Shown piece after piece: positions 1 through 11,830 of a DNA stretch of 64,000 nt. The DNA is from Ancylonema sp. Its lineage: Eukaryota. A program made the translations under genes and the position numbers. Position 1 is the first letter of the stretch. Every line of letters starts with the position of its first letter. The stretch is from positions 1 to 64,000 of the forward strand of contig JBFLGF010000069.1 in assembly GCA_050230475.1 (NCBI GenBank), read 5' to 3'. The notes under the pieces are model-generated. The model did no database searches. It was not told the DNA's origin and saw nothing but the letters and a program-made list of their open reading frames with translations.

Positions 1-503
1 GTTGCAGAAAATACTCCACAAGAAGGCAGTGGTCACATCCATTTGGTGCATCTGCATTCCTTTCGCTGTGCCAAGTGCCGCCATTTGTCTTATACTCTCG
101 AATCTCACAGTAGGACTGAAATTTTGATCGTTATCAATCCCTTCTACTTGACTATACCCCTTCGCCACTACCCTTCCCTTGTACTTTTCCACTTCTCCCT
201 TCTCATTTGTCTTCTCCCTTAATACCCACTTTGATTTAACCAACTTTTCCCTCTGTCGACGAGTTCGTACACCCCATTCTCTTTCAAGCCGTTCATTTCA
301 CTATTCATTGCTTCCAGCCACTCGACCCTCTGTGCACTCTTGAGAGCATCTTCCACCGATTGAGGACTTTGTTGAGCGTCCTCCTCAACTTCTGCTGCGA
401 GATACATCTCAATGTAACGAAGTTGCGGCACACCTCGTCTCTCCCTATTGCTATGCCTTGACTCATCATCTTCTTTAGCTCCCTCAAGCACCGTGACATC
501 AAT

Positions 504-916
504 TGTAAGGGGCATAGCTTAATGCAAGAATGGGATGGGAAAATGTGCACTAAAGGAAGCAAGTTTTACATGAGTTGTTAGAAGCGAGAAAGACTACGCT
601 TCTAACTAGTATCAGTACTAAGAGAAGAGTGAGAACACATGTAAGTACGGTCACTCGCGAAAGAGGACGAAGTCCGCGAACGACTAGTGAATGTTCGGGA
701 AAGTCTGACGGGAAATCACTACACGACAAACAACTTAAGTTTCGCGAAACGAAATAACTAAAGAGTGACGCGAAACGAAAATAACTCAAGTCAAGTGACG
801 CGAAACAAACTGAAAGTGACGCGAAACGAGAAAGTGACGCGAAACGAAAGACTCTATATATCGTACGGTAACTCTAGTGTTGGGAGCATACGCTAGTATG
901 GTCCTTCCTAATAACA
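504..916. mobile_element. Solo LTR (413 bp) inserted in Copia pol
   Basis: Starts TGTAAGG, ends ATAACA, flanked by the 5-bp duplication TCAAT (499-503 and 917-921); Copia coding sequence continues on both sides. Confidence 0.85.
741..860 (+). promoter_or_regulatory. Enhancer-like array GTGACGCGAAAC x4 (plus a partial copy) upstream of a TATATA box in the solo LTR
   Basis: Copies at 765, 795, 816 and 834; partial CGCGAAAC at 743; TATATA at 855-860. Confidence 0.55.
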
Positions 917-1426
917 TCAATAGGTTCCCCTTCCACAATCACTGGAGCATCAGCACTGGGTCCTTAGTCGTCGTCTTCATTTCCTCCCTCATCTCCACCA
1001 CTTCCCTCGTCGTCGTCACTACTGTCTTCCACCAAAACATGCATTTCCAGCTGATGATTCACTTCCCCCACAGAAAAAACATCATCATTGAGATCTGGAA
1101 ACATGAGCAGATCGACATCATCAAACTCCCCACCATCAACTGCTTTTTTCCACCAGCCAACCTCAATATTTTCATCGACATCGGGAACCCCCACATTGAA
1201 CACCTTCCCCCTCACTATATCCGAGACTCGATATCCGATACTCCTAGCAGGATATCCAACGACTACCCCCTCCCACTTCGTTACTCCCCTCTCCCCCTTT
1301 CTCTTAAACTATTCCATCGACACTTAGGCTTTGCTCCCATAAGCTCTTAGATGTTTGATCGTTGGAGTACTACCAGACCACAACTCATTTGGGGTCTTAC
1401 TCAGACCGATCACTGGTCCTCTGTTT

Positions 1427-4227
1427 TGTCGTGCCGTTAAGCATCGTGCCCCATTCACACGTGTAACCCATTCGATATAACGAACATTGTTACAATGAGT
1501 ATGAATCACGTGCGAAATATGAATCTGGTGCGAATTATGTGTCGTCTCATCACATGGAGTGTTTGCACATAGAATCATGACCTAGTCGAGGTCCGCCACA
1601 CACACGTGTGTACAAGCATCGCGCAAGTCTACCACATGTCAAATATGATTTTCTAGTCTACCTATGGCAAGGCGTTGCCATTGGACTGAACGTAGAGTGT
1701 TCGAAGCTGATGAAAGGTATGAGATTGCAAGATGCGATCACACAAGATCTGAAATGAATTCACACAATCGCGAAAATGCCAGCCGAACACAATGAGAATT
1801 GGATGGACAATGGTATTGTATTCCTCAGAGATTCCCGAGGAGTGATAAGACCAATTAAAGGTCGAATCACTCCTGTTACAGACTTTATAGAACTCAGCTC
1901 AGCAATCTATGCTAGTTACAAGGAAGCTACCATTCCTGCCGTATCGACTTATGGCGCCGGCTCGGCGGTTTTAGCTAGCCGACTTTTCCTAGTTTATCCA
2001 ATTGTAAACTAGCACGCTAGGACAGATGGTGCAACATGCTTTACTCGAGGTGAGAAGATGTTAAACTAAAATACTGCAGTAGTGTCGATGCGTCACAGCT
2101 ACTGACCAGTATCCCCATAAGTCACAAAATGGCGATCCACGCCTTGTCGCTTTCCTCCCGCAACTAAGATGCCAACTTACGGCGCCTTTACCGCGGGAAT
2201 ATTGCTAGGCGTTGACGGAGGAAACTGTACGCTGAATTGCCAGTGGCCTGGTAACGCAGCTGTCGGTACAGTCCGTCCTTGGTGCCGCCAAATGTGCCGT
2301 AGGTAGGTGGCGGAACAACTATACCGTTCGGTCTAACTAAGGCCTTAGATCCCTTTCACTTGACCAAGGACAAATCCGTCCGAGGGACACGTGTTATTAC
2401 TTCGAACATTTCGATAAGTAAAGTAACCACGCGCATTCCGACTTTCAAATATAGTCGTGAATATCCGTACCCGTGCCATGTCATCGAATAGACACCTTCG
2501 CCATATAAGCACTTCTACCTGAAAAGCGTTCACTAGCGTTATACGTAGTTCTGAGCATATAATCACACTTCACCGTTCAGGCGTATTTACTCTATAGGTA
2601 CTCTCACCGTATAGGCACACCACTTCGAGAAAATACCTTCTCCACTCTATATTCTCACCATATAAGCGATAATCTTCGTTATGAAGGCACACGATCGAAT
2701 ATTGTCCGACAGCTGTCGTGCCGTTAAGCATCGTGCCCCATTCACACGTGTAACCCATTCGATATAACGAACATTGTTATAATGAGTATGAATCACGTGC
2801 GAATTATGTGTCGTCTCATCACATGGAGTGTTTGCACATAGAATCATGACCTAGTCGAGGTCCGCCACACACACGTGAGCGCTAATAAACAACATTGTAC
2901 AAGCATCGCGCAAGTCTACCACATGTCAAATCTTATTTTATTATAGTCTACTGGCAAGGCATTGCCGTTGGTCTGAACGTAGAGTGTTCGAAGCTTATGA
3001 AAGGTATGAGATTGCAATATGCGATCACACAAGAACTGAAATGAATTCACACAATCGCGAAAATGCTAGCCGAACACAATGAGAATTGGATGGAAAATGG
3101 TATTGAATTCCTCAGAGATTCCCGAGGAGTGATAAGACCAATTAAAGGTCGAATCACTCCTGTTACAGACTTTATAGAACTCAGCTCAGCAATCTATGCT
3201 AGTTACAAGGAAGCTACCATTCCTGTCGTATCGACTTACGGCGCCGGCTCGGCGGTTTTTAGCTAGCCGACTTCCTAGTTTATCCAATTGTAAACTAGCA
3301 CGCTAGGACAGATGGTGCAACATGCTTTACTCGAGGTGAGAAGATGTTAAACTAAAATACTGCAGTAGTGTCGATGCGTCACAGCTACTGACCAGTATCC
3401 CCATAAGTCACAAAATGGCGATCCACGCCTTGTCGCTTTCCTCCCGCAACTAAGATGCCAACTTACGGCGCCTTTACCGCGGGAATATTGCTAGGCGTTG
3501 ACGGAGGAAACTGTACGCTGAATTGCCAGTGGCCTGGTAACGCAGCTGTCGGTACAGTCCGTCCTTGGTGCCGCCAAATGTGCCGTAGGTAGGTGGCGGA
3601 ACAACTATACCGTTCGGTCTAACTAAGGCCTTAGATCCCTTTCACTTGACCAAGGACAAATCCGTCCGAGGGACACGTGTTATTACTTCGAACATTTCGA
3701 TAAGTAAAGTAACCACGCGCATTCCGACTTTCAAATATAGTCGTGAATATCCGTACCCGTGCCATGTCATCGAATAGACACCTTCGCCATATAAGCACTT
3801 CTACCTGAAAAGCGTTCACTAGCGTTATACGTAGTTCTGAGCATATAATCACACTTCACCGTTCAGGCGTATTTACTCTATAGGTACTCTCACCGTATAG
3901 GCACACTAGGCACACTTCGTGAAAAGACATTCTCCACTCTATAGGCGCTTCTCACCATATAAGCGTATGAAGGCACACGATCGAATATTGTCCGACAGCT
4001 GTCGTGCCGTTAAGCATCGTGCCCCATTCACACGTGTAACCCATTCGATATAACGAACATTGTTATAATGAGTATGAATCACGTGCGAATTATGTGTCGT
4101 CTCATCACATGGAGTGTTTGCACATAGAATCATGACCTAGTCGAGGTCCGCCACACACACGTGAGCGCTAATAAACAACATTGTACAAGCATCGCGCAAG
4201 TCTACCACATGTCAAATCTTATTTTCT
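1427..4227. repeat. Tandem array of the ~1286-bp LTR unit: 1427-2711, 2714-3997, partial 4000-4227
   Basis: Near-identical copies, each starting TGTCGTGCC; the two full copies end TTGTCCGACA and are joined by GC spacers. The short ORFs 2345-2566 and 3631-3852 translate identically. Confidence 0.95.
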
Positions 4228-4235
4228 CCCCCCCC
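4228..4235 (-). other. Polypurine tract (G8) of the Gypsy element
   Basis: C8 run on the plus strand directly abutting the end of LTR homology at 4227. Confidence 0.75.
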
Positions 4236-4818
4236 AAAGATGAACCAAGCTCCCGCGACATTCATCTTTGCACTACGTGCACTATGAAATAACGCCGACC
4301 CGAACATAAAGGGTTGTCAAACTCCGATAACTGAGGTGCCGGACCTGAAATCAGGAAGGTCCCACCATCACTATCGCCTCAAAGTCTACATATGAGATGT
4401 GCACTCACTATGTACTCACTTTGGCCAAAATATTATACCCCCCCCCAAATGTGCACTTTGGTGGATAAAATAAATTGCATCATCCATGAAGGAGTGATGT
4501 GTGGGCCATGCAATCCGTATGGAGTTGCCCTTCCCGTGATAATGGTACTTGGCGTAAGAACATTATCACCTTATGATCATAATAAACCATGAACATTGTG
4601 ATTCCTCCCCAATGTTAGGAGCCTTCCAAAGAATTTGAGGTATTTATAGCCATCAAGATTCAATATCAATACTTGTATGCCAGTGCAGGCAAGACAATGA
4701 AAAGCTACATTACAAAGTAATGGACCAAGAAATGGTTTTCGCCAGCTTCATAGGTGAAGATAGAGCTCAAAGACGAAATACCCCTATACACGAAAATGAA
4801 GTTGGGAGTGCACATACC

Positions 4819-4956
4819 TTAATGCTTAGGGCACGTCCATGGTTCGATCGGCACCCTCATCAAAGGCTTGTCAAGACACCATACGTGACAACCCGCGTTG
4901 CACTTATCACAAACGACCATTTTTGTCGCCGCCCGCCGTTGCCGCATTACTTGGCA
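4819..4956 (-). pseudogene. PHD finger at the C-terminus of Gypsy pol
   Basis: Hand translation, not in the ORF track: CQV...MVVCDKCNAGCHVWCLDKPLMRVPIEPWTCPKH*, matching the PHD pattern CDxC-GxHxxCL-VP-W-CP. Confidence 0.85.
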
Positions 4957-5080
4957 ATGGAGAGATGGACCTCGGAAGTTAACGTTCGGGGGTACATCTT
5001 GGTGTCAAGGATGGGAAGGGGAAACCGTGGGCGATGTTCTTTATCTGCTCCTCCCGTCTTGCCGCAATCGCTCCCCTCCA

Positions 5081-6060
5081 TTAACCACTACCCCGCTTTG
5101 GTTTGATCTCCACGATTCGTGACACATGAGGCCTGGATGGTGCCTCCAACGTGCTGACCTTGACTTGTCGTAGCATGACATAATCTCCGGGAGCAAAAGA
5201 TGCCTTGGGCCGATCCCATCCCCCGCCTCGCACTAAGCGGTACCGCTCCATGTCTCGTTGCTGGGCAATCGCAAGGGGCATGACACGTTTGAACGCCTGT
5301 CCACGGCGGTCCAAGAAAGCCCGCAGTCCCTCCTCCACTGTCTCAAGGTCTAGGACCTCCGCGTGTGACTCCTGAAGACGACTCTGAATGATGGGGTCCC
5401 GTCCGAACATCAAAAAGTATGGAGAATAGCCCACCGCCTTTTGCTTTGACATGCGGTAGCCCATGGCGACGTAGGGAAGGAGCTCGTCCCATTCCTCCCC
5501 ACCACCATCTAGAAGGCACTTCCTAAGCTTCATGGTCTGGACCATGCGCTCCGCCAAGCCGTCCGATTGAGGGTGCTCTCGAGACGCCAACCTGTGGGTG
5601 ATTTCGGGTTTGGCAAGGAGAGTTTGGAAATCTCCTTCAAAGTCTGTCCCTTGGTCTGTGAGAATCACCCCTAGTGCTCCGTATCGGCTCAACACCCCGT
5701 CCAGCAGTCCCCTCGCCGAGTCCCGAGATGATTTGGAGGGTAAGGGGATAAGTTCAATCCACTTGGTAAAATTGCATACCATGACATAGGTATTGTTCGC
5801 TGATGTCCTAGGAGGCCCGGCGGCAAAATCTACCCCCCACCTGTAGCCCAACCCTTAGACGGGTAGTGGCTGTAGCTCCTTCCCGGACTCCTCCCGAAAG
5901 CCCGCCTTTACCCGTGCACAAGGGTGGCATGCTCTGATGACGGTCATAATCATGTCGCCCATGTTGCGCCACTAGTAGTTCTTCTGAAGCCGATCAAGGA
6001 CCCGTTGGTGGACCCCGAAATGTCCCATCCCTTGATGGGTGTTGATGACAATTCCCTGGC
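5081..6060 (-). pseudogene. Gypsy integrase (HHCC zinc finger plus DDE core), frameshifted
   Basis: H-GMGHFGV; WGVDFAAG; ILTDQGTDF; HPQSDGLAERMVQT; GYSPYFLMFGR. Confidence 0.93.
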
Positions 6061-6359
6061 GGTCGGCTGGACGTGGCACCACTACGATCCTCCCCCCTTG
6101 TAGTGACTCCATCACCCCGTCGCACATCCAACGATAAGACTTGGCCCTCCGATAGATCCGATCCCGCATTTTAGCGCTCAGCCCGTCGCGGTCCTTGTGG
6201 GTTTGAATGAAGTGTAGTACATCGGTGTCGTGCCAGATGTCGCGTTCCTCCTCGCTGACATCCGTCGGTGTAGTCGCTCCCGCCATCAGCGCCAAGAAAG
6301 TGGTTGGTGCCAAAACTTCCCCTATGGTCCAGTCTAGAAGTGGTGCATTGGCAGCCGAT

Positions 6360-7640
6360 GGAAGGGGGTAACGACTCAGGCAGTCCGCGTTGGTGTTGGC
6401 AGTCCCCGCCCGATGTTCCACCGTAAAATCATACTCTTGGAGTAGTAGGCTCCACCTAGCCGCCAATTTACCCCCGTTAGCTTTTGAGTGGTCATAATCC
6501 ATTTTAAAGGTTCATGATCAGTCACAAGGGTGAAAGAATTCCCAAACAAGTAAGGCCGGAAATGACTAGTGGCCCATACAACGGCCAGACATTCCCCATC
6601 GAAAGATGCGTAATTCTGCTCCGCGGCGTTGCAAGATCTGGAAGCGTAGCATATTGGGTGCTCCACGCCTTCCGAGTTGCGTTGGCTCAGTATTGCGCCC
6701 CCGTTGGCTCCATTCCGTAGTGAGAATGAAAGGGGAGTAAGGGTCCGGGAGTCGTAGGACTGCGGCACTGCAGAGTTATTCTTTGAGCTCCAGATATGCA
6801 GACTCTTGCGCTTCCCCCCATTCCCATGGCCGGTCTTTCTTCAGTAGCGCGTTAAGGGGAAATGCGATGGAGCTGAAGTGTAAGACAAACTTCCTGTAGT
6901 ATGAAAACAACCCCAAAGATGCCCTCAAGCTAGATATGTCTGTTGGTGAGGGGAGATCACGGACTGCCGCTAGTTTATCCTGTTGGGGCTCCAACTTATC
7001 GGCTAAGATGCGATGGCCAAGGAAGTCGATGCTGTCCGCGCCGAACACGCATTTCCTTGGGTGTACTTTTAAGCCTGCGTCGCGCAATCTCCCAAACACT
7101 ATCTATAAGTGTTGAATATGTTCCTCCACCGTCGTAGACCAGATGATGATGTCGTCGATGTAACATCGACAGAATGAGAAGTCTTTAAGGACCTCATCCA
7201 TTCTGCGTTGGAAATGTGGCGGGGCATTTTTCAGTCCAAACGGCACCACCAACCATTCCCAAAGTATGCGATTAGCCCCCCAGAAGGCCGTCTTGGAGCG
7301 ATCCTCCTCGCGTAAGGGCATCTGGTGGTAACCGCTCCTCAGATCTAATTTCGAAAAGATCGTTGCCCCCCCCATCTGATTGAAGATGTCCTCCATTCTA
7401 GGTAAAGGGTATCGGTCCAGGGTGGTCTCCAGATTTAATGGTCTGTAGTCCCCACACTGTCTGAAGTCCGTATAGTTGCCCTCCGTATCCTTCTTCCGTA
7501 CGACGACGGTTGCGGACGCGTACATGGATTGGGTAGATCTCTGAATAAACCCAAGCGCCTCTAGTTTCTGACATTGCGCTTGAACAAAATCCCACTCCAC
7601 CTGACCCAGTTTGTGCGGGGGCCGAAAGATCGGTTAGCTG
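6360..7640 (-). pseudogene. Gypsy reverse transcriptase and RNase H, with stops and frameshifts
   Basis: DYRPLN, FSKLDLRSGYHQ, PFGLKNAP, YIDDIII, SLGLFSYYRKFV; RNase H GAILSQ...PICYASR...EQNY...FTLVTDHEPL...ARWSLLLQEYDF...NADCLSR. Confidence 0.95.
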
Positions 7641-8139
7641 GAGTTGAGGTGGATCTGAAGGGGCTCTCCTGTAAAGGGCTCAATGTCCTCCAATGAGAAA
7701 GCGAAACGATCCAACGATCCAAGTTGGTAATCGCCAGGACCTTCAGTTGGTCCTACTCTTGTAGGCTTGCGCCTATTTGAAATTTCGGGGTTGGCGACTT
7801 GTCCCGCTGAGGGGGACCTGGCGTACTCCCCCCCTCGCCCTCAGGGGCTAAAACCCTAGGGTTTTGAGTAGACCCTCCTGGGGATTCCGTGGCAAGTAAA
7901 GCGTTGACCACCCCCATGGCAGCATGACGTGGAAGATTAGGAGGAGATTGGAAAAGGGATGCATCCACTGTAACCCTTTCTCTCATGGCTGGGATGTAGT
8001 GGAGAGACGTGAAAGAAGGATGGATGGAAGGAAGGGTGATGTCCCCCCCCCCAGGTGAGAGAGGATGTCTCTGAATCTGGGTGGGGTGAGATCCCTATGC
8101 CTGGCTGGCATGCAAGAAGGCACCCAACCACCGCAGTAT

Positions 8140-9110
8140 TTCCGTCCAAAGCGCGCCCCAAACGAATAGCGCGGTGATCCTCCGTGACGCCAGATGTGAC
8201 CGTATCGCCAGCGTGAAATCCCAAAAGGAGCTCTTTCTCCGTGGCATCTGGCTCCTCTCCCAACTGTTGGTGTGGATTATACACTGACCCTCCCCGGGTG
8301 CTCCATCGGCTTTAGCACGGAATGCACATTGCTCCCCAAGTATATGAAACCACGGTAGGCATACAGATGCGCGCCCATCCAAGTTGTTTGTGGGGGGGAA
8401 ATGGGTGGCGATCCGTGTGACCTGGTTTGGTGGGGATGTGATAGGGTCTGAGGATGGTGTCCACCAGAGAAGGGGATGGCGGTAGGATGGGCAGCGCAGC
8501 TTGAAGGGTTGAAGGGGGCAGCATGTTAGTCCATAAAAGGCGCACACGATGGGCGGCTGCCCCAAATGTGCTCCATCCAACCAGGATAGGTGCTCCCAAG
8601 AATGCGTGCACTAACTCCCCTACTTTGTTGACTGCTGGGGCACATGTCTCCCCTGGGTAGGTGTTATCCAAAATGTAGAGCATTGGTGACTCCTGTTCGC
8701 GCTGAAAGAAGTTGATGATACGCACCAAGTCGTAGAAGAAGGTGAAGCGGGGATCCTCGGGATCCTCGGCGCCCAGCTGCCGTCCGGCCCGGCTGACACT
8801 CTAGCATTCCCTACTTCCCCCAAGGAGGTCCACTGGTCCATAGCGTGCCACCAAATTTGCAAGAAAAAGTTGGCTGACAGCGGAGATGGACTGCTTGTCA
8901 AATGATCGTATGGCGGAATCCAGGAGTTGACGAGGATATTGGCGTTGCAGGCTGGTCAATACACAAATCGTGCGATGTGCGACGGCTGATGTCGTCTTTG
9001 TCCACGTAGGTGTAGCAACGTATGCAATAGCCTGCTGCTAGGGCAGTTCGAAGAACTCCCAGGCCAAGCCAATTCCCCCAAAAAAATCCAGCACGTGTAA
9101 GCCATTTTCA
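8140..9110 (-). pseudogene. C5 cytosine DNA methyltransferase domain embedded in pol between protease and RT
   Basis: Motif I VLDFFGGIG (~9095); motif II YTYVDKD; motif IV DLL-GSREC*SVSRAG with the catalytic Cys (~8805); motif V DPRFTFFY; motif VI YILDN; motif VIII AHRVRLLWTN; motif IX EKELLLGF; motif X RLGRALD. Order is canonical; frameshifts and a stop are present. Confidence 0.88.
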
Positions 9111-9465
9111 TGTACTTGAGATGAAAGCGTGCGTACAGACGCAGACGCAGACGTATTGGTATTGACAGGTACAGCTCCCTGCCTGAACGACATCACCCAA
9201 CCATTTGGACGTGGGATGCGAGGTTGGTAGGGCAAGAGGGACAGTTTGTGCCAACTTGACCGCGCGGCACTCTCCCTTCGCGCCAGGTCACCTACCCTCA
9301 CCTCCTCACACAACCTTACCGACTCTTGGCGGTCGCATGCCTCTGCAAGTTGTTGAAGGTTGACTGCCGCTAACTGGAGGGGAGAGGAATAAAATCCGAA
9401 GTCCTCCTCGGCTGGTATAACGTCGTCGTCGGCGCCTTGCACATCTTATAAGTCGATCTCTCCAT

Positions 9466-11747
9466 CTAGGAGGCCACTGAAGCAAGCGTAAGCGATGAGA
9501 GGTGGAGATGACGTGTGACATATGGGGCAGATATCTCGTGTACATGTGCCACCCCATCGCTCCCCGTCCACCGACACTTGAATTGCTCCGTGTATGTGTC
9601 GTAGGCTCCACCCATTGATGTCATGAACTCCATGCCTAGCAAGACGTCGTAGGCAGTCGTGTCCACAATGGTGAAAAATAGCCATATTGTATGCATGTGT
9701 GGGTGTGGCGTTCCCCGGCCGAAAGTGAACTTCACCTTTCCCCGTGATACGCCAAGTGGCATTACTACAGCTCCACTTGCTGTAACATACTCCACTCCTC
9801 TAGTCAGGTTGTTGGAGTTGATTTGCATTGCAGCCGCGAATGTCTAGCTCAGCATCACGTTGGTGGCCCCGGTGTCGAGTATGGCCTCTTTTGGCACACA
9901 TCCCTCTACATCGAGTACCCCATGTGTATTGTCGATGTAAGCTGGTTGTTGCTCGGTCCGCCTCTGGCACCCGCGAATGGTTCCTCGTGTATGATGGGCA
10001 CACGTTGATCCGGGAAGCGCCTTTCTTGGTCTGTCGCCTTATCCCACAGGCTTGCGGACAATTCCGCCACCAGTTGTTGCAGGTTTGTGGCTGCATGTCG
10101 GAGCTGTGCCATGGTCTGCAGGGGTGTTTCTGTCATCAAGATCTCCCCATCTCCGAGTGGCGCCTCTGGAAATAAATTGGTAGGCGGGAATCGTAGATCG
10201 GATGTCCCCGGCTCCAAGCTGGATGGAGGTAAGCCATGCGGGAATGATTGCGGCAGTTGTCCCTTGAATGCGTATTTGTTACTTTGGAAGCCAGGCGTAG
10301 TGTCTGGTTCCTCTTGTGTAGGAAACAAACGATCGACGGACTCTGGAGTAGGGTCAGCAACGAGTGGAGGAGAAGGAGGCGTAAAGTGGACTCGTCGTCC
10401 TCGTGCCTGCTCCGATGATTGCCGTGCTGCCTCCGTGGGTAGGCTGGGCCTTGTTGACCGCCTCTGCACCATGGCCAGATGAGGTCGCCGATAGGTGAGG
10501 GCCATTCCCTGGCCTAGAAGTGATAGTTGGGTGGGGCTGACGTAATCGGCTGCTTTTCTCCTCTTACGCGCTGTTGCTGACAACGCTTGCTGCCTCTTCT
10601 TTAGTGGTGCTTCTAGCACCAGCTCCGGGTGTGCCGACCAACACTGCGCCTCTGTATGACCTGGCTTGTTGCAGGATTCACACACATGCCCCGTGGTCTT
10701 GTGGGTGGCCATCGCGTCAGTATTGTTGACAATTGTCTTGCCATTGGTGGCTGGGGTTGTGGTTGTTGGGCAATTCCTGGCGAGTCCTGTCTTCTTTACA
10801 CTCGCGGTTGTCGTGCGTTAGTGCACTCTCCCCTCTAGTTCCGAGTCGGTCTCGTACATCTCGCGGTTGAGTGCCCAAACGATCTCCCACCGCTCTATGT
10901 GGTCTTGGAGGTGGTGGTGGTGCCGAGGGGAGTCGCTCATCACTTGTGGGTCGTGGATTAGGTATCTGGCCAGCTGCGCGCATCTCAGCTTCAAATTCCT
11001 CCAGAAGAAAGCCCTCCTTACGTTGCGCTAGTGCCATCAGTTGTTCGTCCATGTCCATGATGAATGGCGTCCCCTTCTCGAATCGTTTCTCTCTCATCCT
11101 CCCTCATCATTGAGTTGATGGTGGACCGCCTGATGTGAGTGGGATATGTTGTCGTAGGTTCAACGCCAATCCACGTGTTGTCATTAGTCCCGCTGTGAGC
11201 AGTGGTATCGCCACTTCATCAAAGTGGTCAGCCAATTGTAGGAGTGATTCCCGTGGTTTAGCTTTAAACGCATGCAGGTCCTCCAAGTAAATAGCCGATG
11301 CAGCCTGAAATGAAATGTCTCCTGTACAATAGCGAGGAACTCGTCCAATTCAGCTGGCTCCGGAATAGGATCATCCAACAAATCAGGTTGTGCGGGTGAT
11401 GGTCCTCCCGTCTGGACTTGAATCTGGCGTAAGTCGTAGACTGACTTGGCCTTGTAGTAGTGCCTCCATTTGGCACGACTCGCTTCTCGTGTGACGGCCT
11501 CCTCGTAGAATGGGTTGGTCTCGTCACAGTAATCCCATTTGTCAATGAAATTGTCCAGCAGACGTCGGGCCTGTCCTCCCATACGTAGTCCCAATGACTC
11601 AAGGTATTCGTATTGTGCGATACCGTTGGCCAATTGTTTCATTGGGTCGTTGAGCAGGTTACGCCACCCGATACGCGCGTCTTTGATGCAAATCCTCTGC
11701 TCATTGCTGCCGTCACCAGTGTATTTCTTATCACTTACTGGATTCAT
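9466..11747 (-). pseudogene. Gypsy gag (with CCHC knuckle) and aspartic protease, fragmented
   Basis: CESCNKPGHTEAQCW at ~10685; protease AILDTGATNVML at ~9885-9851 and YDVLLGMEF. Confidence 0.8.
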
Positions 11748-11816
11748 GATGTCAAACTTTTTTTCTTTTTTTTTGCGATATCAAATTCTGAACTTCGGAA
11801 TTTAACAAAAATTTCC

Positions 11817-11830
11817 AATTGGTCTTATCA
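11817..11830 (-). other. Primer binding site TGATAAGACCAATT, self-complementary type
   Basis: Abuts the LTR boundary at 11831; exact reverse complement of LTR positions 12019-12032; does not begin TGG as a tRNA PBS would. Confidence 0.75.

Noticed and set aside
741..845. CRISPR-like repeat-spacer pattern
   Set aside because: 12-bp repeats with 6-18 nt gaps inside a eukaryotic LTR; no cas genes.
1707..1775. CTGATGA...GAAA hammerhead-like core in the tandem LTR (retrozyme idea)
   Set aside because: The other copies read CTTATGA, and no convincing stems were seen.
1776..3852. Short repeated ORFs in the LTR units (MPAEHNEN..., MIICSELR...)
   Set aside because: Frames are broken by indels between copies; no protein motifs.
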